Of a stretch of DNA of 64,000 bases, positions 1 through 10,400 are shown piece by piece. The stretch covers positions 10,226-74,225 of the forward strand of contig JBBIRK010000008.1 in the NCBI GenBank assembly GCA_037441845.1, read 5' to 3'. The stretch is from Candidatus Zixiibacteriota bacterium (GTDB lineage: Bacteria > Zixibacteria > MSB-5A5 > UBA10806 > 4484-95). The stretch's first letter is position 1; the number at the start of each line of letters is the position of its first letter. The notes under the pieces are model-generated. The model had not been told where the DNA came from. It searched no databases and saw only the letters and a list, made by a program, of their open reading frames with translations. The translations under genes were made by a program, and so were the position numbers.

Positions 1-826
1 TGGCATAACAGCCGCCTTCGAAATTAAAGATGCCGTCATCGCTCCAACCGTGCTCGTCATCGCCTATCAGGCTGCGCTCGGGATCAGCGGAAAGCGTGGT
101 CTTGCCGGTTCCGGAAAGTCCGAAAAACAGGGCCACGTGGCCGTCTTTGCCCACATTGGCCGAACAGTGCATCGACAAGACGCTGCTTTGCGGGTAAAGA
201 TAATTGAGAATCGAAAACACCGATTTCTTTATTTCACCGGCGTAGCTCGTGCCGCCGATTATCACTACCTTGCGGGCGAGATTGAGGATGATGAACGTCT
301 CGGAATTGGTGCCGTCGAGCGAAGGAAGCGCATGGAAATGCGGCATGTGAATTACGGTAAACTCTGGGTGATGCATCTGAAGTTCTTCCGGTTTGGCTTG
401 TATAAAGAGGTTGCGGGCGAAAAGCGAATGCCAGGCGCTCTCGGTAATCACCCTAATCGGCAGACGATATCTCGGATCGGCTCCGGCATAGCAATCCTGA
501 ATATATAGATCCCTTCCCTGTATGTATGCCAAAAGCCTGTTGAATAGAATCTCGAAATTTCTCTCCGAGATAGGTTGATTTGACTTCCCCCACCAAACCT
601 TGTTTTTGGAGTCCGGCTGTTCGACGATGAATTTATCCTGAGCGGCTCTTCCGGTATATTGCCCGGTGCGCACGACCAGCGGACCGAGGTGGGCGATATG
701 TCCTTCGCGGCGCCGGATCACCTCCTCGTATAAGGCCGGTGTCCCCAGATTCCAAAATGCCTGGCCGTAATTGGTGATGCCGTGATTTTCCAGGCCGTAG
801 CTGCTCACGTTCTTCTTAGCTTCCAT
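1..826 (-). CDS. pckA: Phosphoenolpyruvate carboxykinase (ATP), 5' part; runs off window start
   Basis: Not in the ORF track. Manual translation from ATG at 826 (GGAGG upstream): MEAKKNVSSYGLENHG...TGQYTGRAAQDKFIV...GTSYAGEIKKS...SMHCSANVG...FFGLSGTGKTTLSADP..LIGDDEHGW...NFEGGCYA, all PEPCK-ATP motifs. Confidence 0.96.
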   Translation of the reverse strand, partial: MEAKKNVSSYGLENHGITNYGQAFWNLGTPALYEEVIRRREGHIAHLGPLVVRTGQYTGRAAQDKFIVEQPDSKNKVWWGKSNQPISERNFEILFNRLLAYIQGRDLYIQDCYAGADPRYRLPIRVITESAWHSLFARNLFIQAKPEELQMHHPEFTVIHMPHFHALPSLDGTNSETFIILNLARKVVIIGGTSYAGEIKKSVFSILNYLYPQSSVLSMHCSANVGKDGHVALFFGLSGTGKTTLSADPERSLIGDDEHGWSDDGIFNFEGGCYA

Positions 827-960
827 GTCCGCCTCCGGCTCGTTTTGCAGATGACCATCGATCATCGCAAAAGCTGCTTCAAGTCATTCTCCTGTATTAT
901 ATATAAGTTTATATCGGTATGAAATAGATTAGGTTCAACGATAAGACGTCGATTCAAGGA

Positions 961-990
961 AAAAAAAGACCGGACAATAGGTCCGGTCTT
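961..990 (-). terminator. Rho-independent terminator after the SWIB gene
   Basis: Inverted repeat AAGACCGGAC-aatag-GTCCGGTCTT followed by a T run on the minus strand, about 20 nt past the stop at 1012. Confidence 0.8.
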
Positions 991-1011
991 GCGCCGAATT
1001 CGCAGGAATGA

Positions 1012-1383
1012 TCAGGACAAGTGCTTATTGACTATTTTGGTCATTTCGAACATGCTGACCTGGGATTTGCCGCCGAATACTCTTCTCAGTTTGTCATCGG
1101 CGTTGATCATGGTTTTTTGCGTCTTATCCTGCAACCCGTTCTTCTTGATATATTCCCAGAGCTTCTTGGTGATCTGTGTTCTGGGCATCGGTTTGCCGCC
1201 AACAATCTCAGCCAGGTCTGCGCTGGGCGTCATCGGCTTCATGAAAGCCGGGTTTGGAGCCCTCTTGATTTTCTTCTTGGGCGCCTTCTTGGCCACTTTT
1301 TTCTTGGCCGGTTTCTTAGTCACTTTTTTCTTGGCTGGTTTTTTCTTGGCGGTTTTTTTTGCCGTTTTCTTTTTCGCCGGCAT
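1012..1383 (-). CDS. SWIB/MDM2-domain protein with histone-H1-like Lys/Ala-rich N-terminal tail
   Basis: About 40 aa of (T/P)AKKK repeats, then PNPAFMKPMTPSADLAEIVG...RTQITKKLWEYIKKNGLQD...INADDKL..VFGG...SMFEMTK (SWIB signature). AGGAG RBS. Confidence 0.92.
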   Translation of the reverse strand: MPAKKKTAKKTAKKKPAKKKVTKKPAKKKVAKKAPKKKIKRAPNPAFMKPMTPSADLAEIVGGKPMPRTQITKKLWEYIKKNGLQDKTQKTMINADDKLRRVFGGKSQVSMFEMTKIVNKHLS

Positions 1384-1767
1384 AAGCGTCTCCTGTTTTG
1401 GGGTTCAAGGTTAAACAAACCTTACATTTATCTACGCGTCAAATCAGCCACATGTCTCATCGCCCATAGCTTCACTTCATGGCTTTGCTGTTGGCGGCAA
1501 AAATTATAGGAGTAATCCGGCAGAATTTTCAAACAAAAATTGCAGGTTCCGAAAAAATATTTTTTGCCGTCAGAGACGAATATCAGCCTTCGGAAAGGGG
1601 GTGAACGCTTTTTCTATGCTTAAAACCCATGCCGAGTGATTCGGCATACCCCCCTTTGAACGGACGGGAACCGGATTTTATCCGCGCGGCAACCCGATCA
1701 GGCTGAGGCCGTCCCCGTCTATAAACTGCGAAAATGCGCTTATTACCCTTTGGATGGCCAGCGCACT

Positions 1768-3291
1768 TTAAATCCCATAGAGCGGCGCATATTTGCCGCG
1801 CAAGTACTCCAACAAATAGCGTGAATTCAGGGGTTCGCCGGTCACTTTTATCACCAGTTCGGCAGCCCGATACCTTTGCCCGTGCCGATGGATTTTCTCC
1901 CGCAGCCAGCCAAGAAGAGCGGCGAATCGCCCGTCGGCGAACTGCTTTTCGAGATCGGGGATTTCCTGCTTGGCTTTGGCGAAAAATTGGGCGGAGTACA
2001 GATTGCCGAGCGTATAGGTGGGGAAATACCCTATTAGACCGGCGCCCCAATGAACATCCTGAAGGCACCCCTGGCGGTCATCGGGCGGTTCGATACCGAG
2101 ATATTGTTTGAATTTGTCATTCCACACTGCGGGGATATCGGCGGTCTTGAGATCGCCCGAGAAAATAGCGTGTTCGATTTCGAATCGGAGCAAAATATGC
2201 AAATTATAGGTGGCCTCGTCGGCCTCCACCCTGATAAACGACGGGCGCACCTCGTTGATAGCAAAATAAAACTCTTCCAACGACACGTCTCTCAGCGACT
2301 CGTAAAACAGCTTTTGAATCCAGGGGTAAAAATACTGCCAAAACGCCAGCGACCTGCCTACCACATTCTCCCACATCCGGGATTGCGATTCGTGAATCCC
2401 CAAAGAGATCGATTCCCCCATAGGAAGCCCGAAATATTTCTTATCCAGGCCTTGATCATATAGAGCATGGCCGGTTTCGTGCAATATCCCGAAAAACGCC
2501 TGGCCGAAATGGTTGGCATTGTAGCGGGTGGTGATACGAGTGTCGCCCGGGCCGATACCGATACAAAACGGATGGGTGGTCACATCCAGCCTCCCCGAGT
2601 CCATATCGAAACCGATGGCAGAGGCGGCCAACTTACCGATAATTTCCTGTTTATCGATAGGGAAACTGCGCTGCAATATCTCAGTTTTCGGCCGACGATT
2701 CGACTCGGCAATAGCCCGGATCAATTCCACCAGCGGCTTACGCAGATTTTCCAGAACCTTTTTCAGGCTCGCAGCCGTCTCCCCGGGCTCATAATCATCG
2801 AGAAGTGCATCATAGGGCTCGGTGTTATATCCGATCGCCTCGGCATAACGTCGTTTGAGATTTATTATCTTTTCCAACCACGGAAGGAAAGGAGTCGTGT
2901 CCGATTTGCGGCGCGCCTCAACCCAGGCCTGCTCGGCCAGAGTAGTGGTCTTTTCCAGCTCCTCCACCAACGATTTGGGCACCTTCACCAACTTGTCATA
3001 CTGCCGTCTTAGTTCGCGCACGTTCACCCTGTCGGGCGAATCGTCCGCCTCAGAGGATACGATATCCTCCGCCTTTTTCAACAAATCACCGATTTCCGAT
3101 GCAGTGAATTTTTCGTGCACCATACCCGAGAGCAAGGCTTTCTGTTCAGCACGATGGTTTCCGCCGCCCGTGGGCATATATGTCCTCTCGTCCCATTCGA
3201 GGACGGCGGCGCAGGAATGCAACAGGCTTATTTCGGTTATTCGACGATACAATTCATCGAGCGATTTCTTGTCATTATCCGTATCGGCCAT
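1768..3291 (-). CDS. Carboxypeptidase, peptidase family M32 (Taq-type)
   Basis: HPF, HETGH (HEXXH), HESQSR, IRVEADE, GCLQDVHW, GYFPTY motifs. Start moved to ATG 3291 behind AAGGAG; the ORF track begins at 3342. Confidence 0.95.
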   Translation of the reverse strand: MADTDNDKKSLDELYRRITEISLLHSCAAVLEWDERTYMPTGGGNHRAEQKALLSGMVHEKFTASEIGDLLKKAEDIVSSEADDSPDRVNVRELRRQYDKLVKVPKSLVEELEKTTTLAEQAWVEARRKSDTTPFLPWLEKIINLKRRYAEAIGYNTEPYDALLDDYEPGETAASLKKVLENLRKPLVELIRAIAESNRRPKTEILQRSFPIDKQEIIGKLAASAIGFDMDSGRLDVTTHPFCIGIGPGDTRITTRYNANHFGQAFFGILHETGHALYDQGLDKKYFGLPMGESISLGIHESQSRMWENVVGRSLAFWQYFYPWIQKLFYESLRDVSLEEFYFAINEVRPSFIRVEADEATYNLHILLRFEIEHAIFSGDLKTADIPAVWNDKFKQYLGIEPPDDRQGCLQDVHWGAGLIGYFPTYTLGNLYSAQFFAKAKQEIPDLEKQFADGRFAALLGWLREKIHRHGQRYRAAELVIKVTGEPLNSRYLLEYLRGKYAPLYGI

Positions 3292-3508
3292 GATCACACT
3301 CTCCTTTTCGCCCGGTCGGCGCGGTTTTTCAATTATATACAAATCTTATTATAATGGCAAACGCAAACGGGCCGGAAAACCAAAGTTGATAAAAATGCAA
3401 AAAAATATCCCTTTTCGTATAAAATCGGAGACGAAACGACTTGTGTATTTGTTATTGTATAAGGAAAGTATGTGCACAGGTCATATTGTTAAATTTCTGC
3501 TATACTCG

Positions 3509-3536
3509 TTGACATCTCGCCAAAATCGGATAAATT
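3509..3536 (+). promoter_or_regulatory. Putative sigma70 promoter for the metalloprotease gene
   Basis: TTGACA-N16-TAAATT in an AT-rich divergent intergenic region. Confidence 0.5.
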
Positions 3537-3646
3537 ACAAAATAGAATTTAAGCTCCTCTGTCATTAAGGTCGCGACAGATGAACGTTAAGGCAACCGAC
3601 TCGATAATTTGAATATCTTCTAAAATTTTTTGAGGGAGTTTTTGCG

Positions 3647-6600
3647 ATGAGTGAAGCAAAATCACGGACAAGAGTCGTCTTGACGGCGATGCTGCTGATT
3701 CTGGCCTTCTCCGGGGCAATGGCGATGAACCGGGAAGCGGTCGATCTGGCCCGACAATCTTTCCGCGCCGAATACCCGCTTGCGGTATTTCATTACGAGG
3801 GAGATCAACTGGCACGGATTTACGGGGCCCCGATCGAATTGGGCGGCTCAAGCCCCCTGGAAAGTGCCGAACTTTTCCGGCAAAGGTATTCGGCGGTCCT
3901 CGGATTGACCCCGGACGAACTCGTCCAGGTGAGCGCTTTCAACGACGATCTGCATACTCAACAGGTCATGTATGACCAGGAAACCGATCAATATAAATTT
4001 ACCCTGGTCTATTATTCCCAGCACAAGGGCGGTATCCCGGTTTTCCGGGGCGAGCTGCGCCTGCTTGTCTTGAATCAGCCCGGTTTTCCGATCGTTTCCG
4101 CTGTCTGCGCCGTGCGCGATCTCGGCTCTTTCGCACCGCAGCAGGCAAGCGCATATGACCCATTGACGGTGCAGAGAAACTTCATGCCGCAAATACCACA
4201 AATGACCCAATTCTCCGATCCCAGATTGGTTATCTGGGCAGGCGTGGAAGACGAGAAGGTGGAGCCGGTCTTAGGCGTCGAGTTCGTGGCCAGTGACGGT
4301 AACACTCCGACGATCGAAAGAAAACGTTATATCATCGATCCGGTTACCCTGTCTGTGCTGTTCGCGGAAAATATCGTAATCGACGTCGATGTGACCGGCC
4401 AGGTCAACGGATTGGCCACCGAAGACTTCAAGTCGGAACAATGCGGCAATGAGGTTTCCACCGGCCTGCCGCATGCTTATGTCAACATACAGGGCGGCAA
4501 TTCCGCCTATGCCGATTCCACGGGGGCTTTCGTCATTCCCAACGGCGGCAGCTCACAGGTGACGGTGATTTCCCAGACCCGCGGCCGCTGGTTCTATACC
4601 CAGAATCAAGCCGGCTCGAATTCGCAATTGTCGCTGGCGGTCACGCCGCCAGGACCGGTCAATTTTCTGCACAACTCGGCCAATACGGAATACACCCGAG
4701 CCGAAGTCAACGGATATTATCACGCCAATGTGGTGCGGGATTTCACGCTGAAATACAATCCGACGTATCCGACGATTTACAATCAGACCAACTTCCCGGT
4801 CTATGTCAACGACAACACCGGTTATTGCCCGGGCAACGCCTGGTACGACGGCGTTTCGATTACTTTCTGCCGGGCCAGCGGAAGTTACCCCAATACCGCC
4901 TTTTCCACGGTGATTCATCACGAATACGGCCATCATCTGGTGGCCATGGCCGGTTCCGGTCAGGGCCAATACGGAGAGGGGATGGGGGACGTGATGGGTG
5001 TGCTTATCACCGACAATCCCGGTCTGGCCTACGGTTTCACCGGCAATTGCAACACGCCTTTGCGCAATGCCGATAATACGATTCAATATCCATGCAGCGA
5101 CGAGATACACTATTGCGGGCAATTGTTGTCTGGTTGCGTCTGGCACACCCGCAACGCCTTGGCGATCACCAATCCCACGACATACCGGGATATCATCGCC
5201 AATCTGGCTATCAACGCCATGCTGCTGCACACCGGAACGTCGATCACTCCGACTATAACTATCGACTACCTTACGCTCGACGACAACGATGGCAATATCT
5301 ATAACGGCACCCCTCACTATTCCGAAATTTGCACCGGTTTCAATGCCCACAATATGGACTGCCCGGCGCTCAACTTGCTTTCTTTCACTTACCCCAACGG
5401 GCGCCCGCCTTTGGTGAACCCCGGGGGCGGCACGACCATCCGGGTTCAAGTCAGCGGTGTAGGCGGCACGCCTCAGCCTGGGACAGGGAGGCTGTATTAT
5501 AACGACGGCGGCGGTTGGATCAATGTGCTGATGAATCAGGTTTCGCCGAACGTATATGACGCCGTTTTTCCCGCTTTCGACTGCGGCGATCAGATTCAGT
5601 ATTATTTCACGGCCCAAACGACTCAAGGAGCCACCGTATATGACCCGACTACAGCGCCGGGAACCAATTACACCGCAACCGTGGGAACCGGAATGATAAC
5701 CCTGTTCGAAGACGATTTCTCGGGCAGCACGGGCTGGACCGGTTTGGGCGGCTCGGGCGAATGGACAATAGGAGCCGCCACCGGCGGAGCGGGTTCGGAC
5801 ACCCATGGGAATCCCGACCCGGCACAGGACCACAGCCCGACGACTGACAATCGATTGCTGGGAACAGACTTGACATCGGGAACCGGCGGAGATTACAGCG
5901 CCAACCTGTCGACGACCTATTGGGTGACTTCACCAATAATAAACTGCGCGACCGCCCAAGGAGTGAATCTGGAATTCTATCAATGGTTGGGCGTAGAACG
6001 TAACCTTTACGACCACGCTTACTTGCAGGTTTACGATGGCGCGACCTGGATAACTATTTTCGAGAATTCATCGACGACAATCGACGAAAGTTCGTGGAGC
6101 TATAAAAAATACGACGTTTCGGCCTATGCCGACAGCAACGCCAATTTCCGCATAAGATTCGGGATCGGCAGCACCGATGTCGGCTGGCAGTTCTGCGGCT
6201 GGAATATCGATGATATCAAGGTCTATGGTATAGAATGTGATCTGGTGAACGGCACCATTTCCGGCACGGTGCAGTATCCGCTTGGGGCGCTGGCGGGTGC
6301 GATCGTCACCGCTCAAGATACCTCCGGCGCCGTTTTTGTCGATACCTCGACTGCACCAGGCGGAGCGTATTCGCTTTCGCTTCCCCCCGGCATCTACGAT
6401 GTCACTTTCAGGCATATCGATTGTCTGGATACGAGTTTCAACGACATAAATATAAGCGCCGGCGGATTGGTCCCCATAAATGTAGTGATGAGATACAGGC
6501 CGGGAGCGGTTAAAGGTTTGGTGGTTTCCGAATCCGCCAATCCTATAGCCGGGGTTGTCGTTTCCGCTTTGGGGTCGATGAAACAGGACACAACCGGGGC

Positions 6601-7045
6601 TGACGGCCGCTATCTCCTTGTTGATCTCGCCGTTGACGACTATGACATGACGTTCTACCATCCGAGCTACTTCGATACTCTCGTGCCTAATGTCCAAATT
6701 ACGCCTGGCGATACGACGTTGTTGAATATGACCTTAACCTCAAGGTGCGTTTATGTCTTGGGCGATATAAACGGCGACGGCAACGTTATCGGCGGCGATG
6801 TTACCTACGGCGTGCGCTTCTTCAAAGGCTTAGGCTCACAGCCGCCCGACAGCTGTTACCTCGATTCCTCCGGTCAATTTCTCTATGTCGCCGGCGACGT
6901 CAACGGTAATTGCGAATTCCGGGGATCGGATATCACGAGGTTGGTGGCTTACTTCAAGAGCTTGGCCGATATTGTCTTCTGCCCGGCTTTGCCGCCGCCG
7001 CTCATCAGGCCTGCAATCATGGAAGGCGCGCGGAAGATCGATTGA
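3647..7045 (+). CDS. Secreted zinc metalloprotease (M36/M4-like) with beta-sandwich and carboxypeptidase-regulatory-like domains and a C-terminal dockerin-like domain
   Basis: Signal peptide; propeptide-like region (YSQHKGGIPVF); NAWY, HEYGH (HEXXH) and downstream GEGMGD third-ligand motif; GWNIDDI jelly-roll; C-terminal GDINGDG...GDVNGNC pair. Confidence 0.8.
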   Translation: MSEAKSRTRVVLTAMLLILAFSGAMAMNREAVDLARQSFRAEYPLAVFHYEGDQLARIYGAPIELGGSSPLESAELFRQRYSAVLGLTPDELVQVSAFNDDLHTQQVMYDQETDQYKFTLVYYSQHKGGIPVFRGELRLLVLNQPGFPIVSAVCAVRDLGSFAPQQASAYDPLTVQRNFMPQIPQMTQFSDPRLVIWAGVEDEKVEPVLGVEFVASDGNTPTIERKRYIIDPVTLSVLFAENIVIDVDVTGQVNGLATEDFKSEQCGNEVSTGLPHAYVNIQGGNSAYADSTGAFVIPNGGSSQVTVISQTRGRWFYTQNQAGSNSQLSLAVTPPGPVNFLHNSANTEYTRAEVNGYYHANVVRDFTLKYNPTYPTIYNQTNFPVYVNDNTGYCPGNAWYDGVSITFCRASGSYPNTAFSTVIHHEYGHHLVAMAGSGQGQYGEGMGDVMGVLITDNPGLAYGFTGNCNTPLRNADNTIQYPCSDEIHYCGQLLSGCVWHTRNALAITNPTTYRDIIANLAINAMLLHTGTSITPTITIDYLTLDDNDGNIYNGTPHYSEICTGFNAHNMDCPALNLLSFTYPNGRPPLVNPGGGTTIRVQVSGVGGTPQPGTGRLYYNDGGGWINVLMNQVSPNVYDAVFPAFDCGDQIQYYFTAQTTQGATVYDPTTAPGTNYTATVGTGMITLFEDDFSGSTGWTGLGGSGEWTIGAATGGAGSDTHGNPDPAQDHSPTTDNRLLGTDLTSGTGGDYSANLSTTYWVTSPIINCATAQGVNLEFYQWLGVERNLYDHAYLQVYDGATWITIFENSSTTIDESSWSYKKYDVSAYADSNANFRIRFGIGSTDVGWQFCGWNIDDIKVYGIECDLVNGTISGTVQYPLGALAGAIVTAQDTSGAVFVDTSTAPGGAYSLSLPPGIYDVTFRHIDCLDTSFNDINISAGGLVPINVVMRYRPGAVKGLVVSESANPIAGVVVSALGSMKQDTTGADGRYLLVDLAVDDYDMTFYHPSYFDTLVPNVQITPGDTTLLNMTLTSRCVYVLGDINGDGNVIGGDVTYGVRFFKGLGSQPPDSCYLDSSGQFLYVAGDVNGNCEFRGSDITRLVAYFKSLADIVFCPALPPPLIRPAIMEGARKID

Positions 7046-7071
7046 AAAGTCGCCATCATAAATTTTTTATG

Positions 7072-7103
7072 GGCCGGTCAGGAATTCCGAGACCGGCCTT
7101 TTT
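7072..7103 (+). terminator. Rho-independent terminator
   Basis: GGCCGGTC-N11-GACCGGCC followed by TTTTT. Confidence 0.75.
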
Positions 7104-7158
7104 ACCTTCGAGACATGGGTGGGCTCGGCACAATATTTTTTCAGAAAAAAGATAATAA

Positions 7159-7187
7159 TTGACAAAATAATCAAGGGCGGATATATT
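7159..7187 (+). promoter_or_regulatory. Putative strong sigma70 promoter for the 1474-aa gene
   Basis: TTGACA-N17-TATATT, about 265 nt upstream of the ATG at 7455. Confidence 0.6.
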
Positions 7188-7454
7188 TATTCAGATAGTT
7201 TAACCCTTGCGCCGCTACCACTTCCCGGCGGCGAACCGGAACGTTTGACGATGCGGTTGTTATTGTTTAGAAACAATATATTTCCAAAGTAAAGAGCTGT
7301 TGGCTTAAAATTCTGAAGGGGAAAGGAACAATCAAGAAAAAATCTATCGCGTTTCTCGACCAATCAACCAAGTAACTTATTAAAACGGAAATCAGGGAGC
7401 AAAGGGGGACTGTTACTGACATACTTCAATCAATCAATTAATTCGGAGGATTGA

Positions 7455-10400
7455 ATGAGAAAAATATTACTGCTGACGTTGGCCGTGATATTTGTCTCGG
7501 GTATCTGTACCGCCCTGGCAAATCAAGTTGCGCCCAACGCCGTTAGCGTTTCGAATGTCAATCCGATCGACAACCGGAATGACTCGAAATCAGCGCCGCC
7601 TACCATTCCGCAGCACCCAACCGACAACCTCGCCCTGACGACATTCATCAATGAGGGTTTCGAGGGGACTTTCCCGCCGACCGGCTGGACCCGGATTATT
7701 ACGAATTCATCCTACACCTGGCAACAATCTTCCGGCTACGCCCACTCGGGATCTTACGGCGCCAATGTTCCCTGGAATTACCTACAGGATGAATGGCTGG
7801 TTTCGCCGACGTTCAGTTTGGTTGGCGCCGGCATAGATGCCAGGGTGAAATTCTGGTGGATGGCAAGCTACGACTGGATGGTAAGCCCGTATCAGAACGG
7901 TGACTACGAGCTATGGATTTCCACCGACGGTGGGGCCACCTGGCCCACCATGCTCTGGGATGAAAACAGCGAGGGCGTTTTCAGCAGCTGGACATGGTAT
8001 CAGGAGGAAATCAGCCTGGCCGCTTATATCGGTCAGAGCAACGTAATGCTCGCGTTCCGCTATGTCGCCGATGATGCCGCCGATATCGGCCTTGACGACG
8101 TAGTCGTCACGGACGACCCGGATGTTCCCTGCGTGGTCACTTGCCCGCCTGGAGCGACACTGGAAGCCGAAGCTTGCGGCGACAGTATCAATGACGGTTG
8201 CAACCGGGTTCCCTTCCAATTCCAATCGGTAACCTGCCCGGATACCGTTTGCGGCACCGCCTGGGCCAGCACCTCTTTGAGAGACACCGATTGGTATCTG
8301 TTGACACTTGCTCAGTCAGAGTCGCTCTACTATTACGGCACGGCTGAATTCCCGTTGGCGTTGATTCTTATCAATGCCGGCACCGGAAACTGCACGACAT
8401 ATTCGATCATAACCTCGGCGACCGGCAATCCCTGCGATACGGTATCTATAATCCAGTACCTTGCCGCGGGGACCTACTATCTCTGGGCGGGCCCCTCGGT
8501 TTGGGTCAACATGCCTTGCGATGGTTCTGGCGACTACACAAACGATTATACGCTCTGGTTCTATTGCCGCGGCCACGTTGTCGGACCGCCCAACGACGAT
8601 TGCGTTAGCGTTACCCCTGTGCCCTTGGCTCCGGGATCGCCTTTGACCTTTAGCGGCGATAACACCAACTCCACCAATGATTGCAGCTTCCTGAGCTATC
8701 CTCAGGTCTGGCATGCGTTCACGACCACCGAATGTTTAGACATAACGGTCGACTACTGCTCCACTACCCCGGCTTTCGGCAATGCTTATATAATTTTGGT
8801 TGACAGCTGCCCCTGCGCCAGCTCGATCACCTATACGAGCTATGATTTCACGACCTGTGGTGACGGCAATATCACGATAACATTCCTTGGTGTGCCACCA
8901 GGAACTTATTACTACCCGGTTCTCACCGACCCGGCCAACAATGCCGTTGGACCTTACACGATCCACGTTTCAGGTGTCGCTTGTCCTCCGCCACCGCCGA
9001 ACGACGACTGCGCCAACGCGCAACCGGTCGGTTTCGTTTTTCAATTGCCCTGGTCGACGACCAGCGCAACCTACGACGGCGGCGGAACCTGCATGACCTC
9101 TAAAAACATCTGGTACCTATTCACTTCGCCGGTAACAGATTCGGTTCATGTGGCTCTCTGCGGTTCGTCTTTCGACACCAAACTCGCAGTTTATGACGGT
9201 TCGAGCTGCTCCCCGCTTCCCACCGTGTTACTTTGCAACGATGATGCCTGCAACACCACCCTGCAATCAGAGGGATATTTCTACGCCACCCAAAACAGCC
9301 AGTATCTGATTGAAGTCGGTGGATTTTCCTCGTATTCCGGAAACGGCGTTCTCACCATAGAAGCGGGCGATCCGATATTCGGCGTAACCCCGACCTCATT
9401 GACCGATACGGCGGCTGTCGGAAGCTCTGTCACCGATACGCTGACGGTTACCAACACCGGCTCGGCGGCTCTCAATTTCACCGTCATAGGCGCTCAGAAC
9501 CCGTTCCTGCGCCTCGACATCGATCGGCAATTCGAATCGATGAATATCCCTGAGGGTGCCTCGTTCGCTTCGGAAAACAAAGAAGCCAAGCATCCATTCC
9601 TGAATAACCCCACGGTCAAAACCGAGGAAATAGATGAGGCTTCTCTGGCGATGAAGGAAGCCTTGGCGGAGCAAGCGAAGTTGGAAGCCCAGCTTGCGCT
9701 CAAGGGCACCAGCGAGACATTTGCAGTATCCAAACCTGATCCTGCGGTCATACTCCAGGGCGGTGATGATATCGCGAATGCCACGGTTATCACCTCATTA
9801 CCGTACACCGATGCGGGAACAACCACAGGCTATACGAATGATTATTCCGGCAGCTGCGGCTATGATGCCGGGGCTCCCGACGTCGTTTATTCCTACACAC
9901 CTGCTGGAAACCAAAGCATCAGTATCTCGCTTTGCGGCGGCACAACCTGGGATACGAGGTTATATGTTTACGAAAACAACTCCTCGACCGAGATTGCCTG
10001 CAACGATGACTATTGCGATCTGCAGTCCCAGCTCGATGCAGTATCGCTGACCGGCGGCAACACTTACTACATCGTAATCGACGGCTACAACATTTCCAAT
10101 GGATCCTACACGATCGACGTGACCCAGTACGTTCCGCCGACCTGCACCCCCGATCTGACGGTCAATCTGCCGGCTGCTCTGCCTTACAACGATATCGACC
10201 GCACCAACTGCGGCCTGGGCAACGATTTCAGCAACACTTGCTTGGGTTCGTATGACGGCGGCGAGGATATCATTTACGAGCTGAACGTGACTTCAACCAT
10301 TTGCGTGGACGTCACCTTGACTCCTGATTCGACCTGGACCGGTATCGTTCTCGATGACGAATGCCCGCCGAATCCTACGTCTTGTATCGCAGCTTCCGTC

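Noticed and set aside
50..508. 152-aa plus-strand ORF, and the many other ORFs antisense to or overlapping the called genes (e.g. 4553-5833, 27107-28150, 33177-33950, 42037-42717)
   Set aside because: Shadow frames of well-supported genes (here pckA), with no motifs or RBS of their own.
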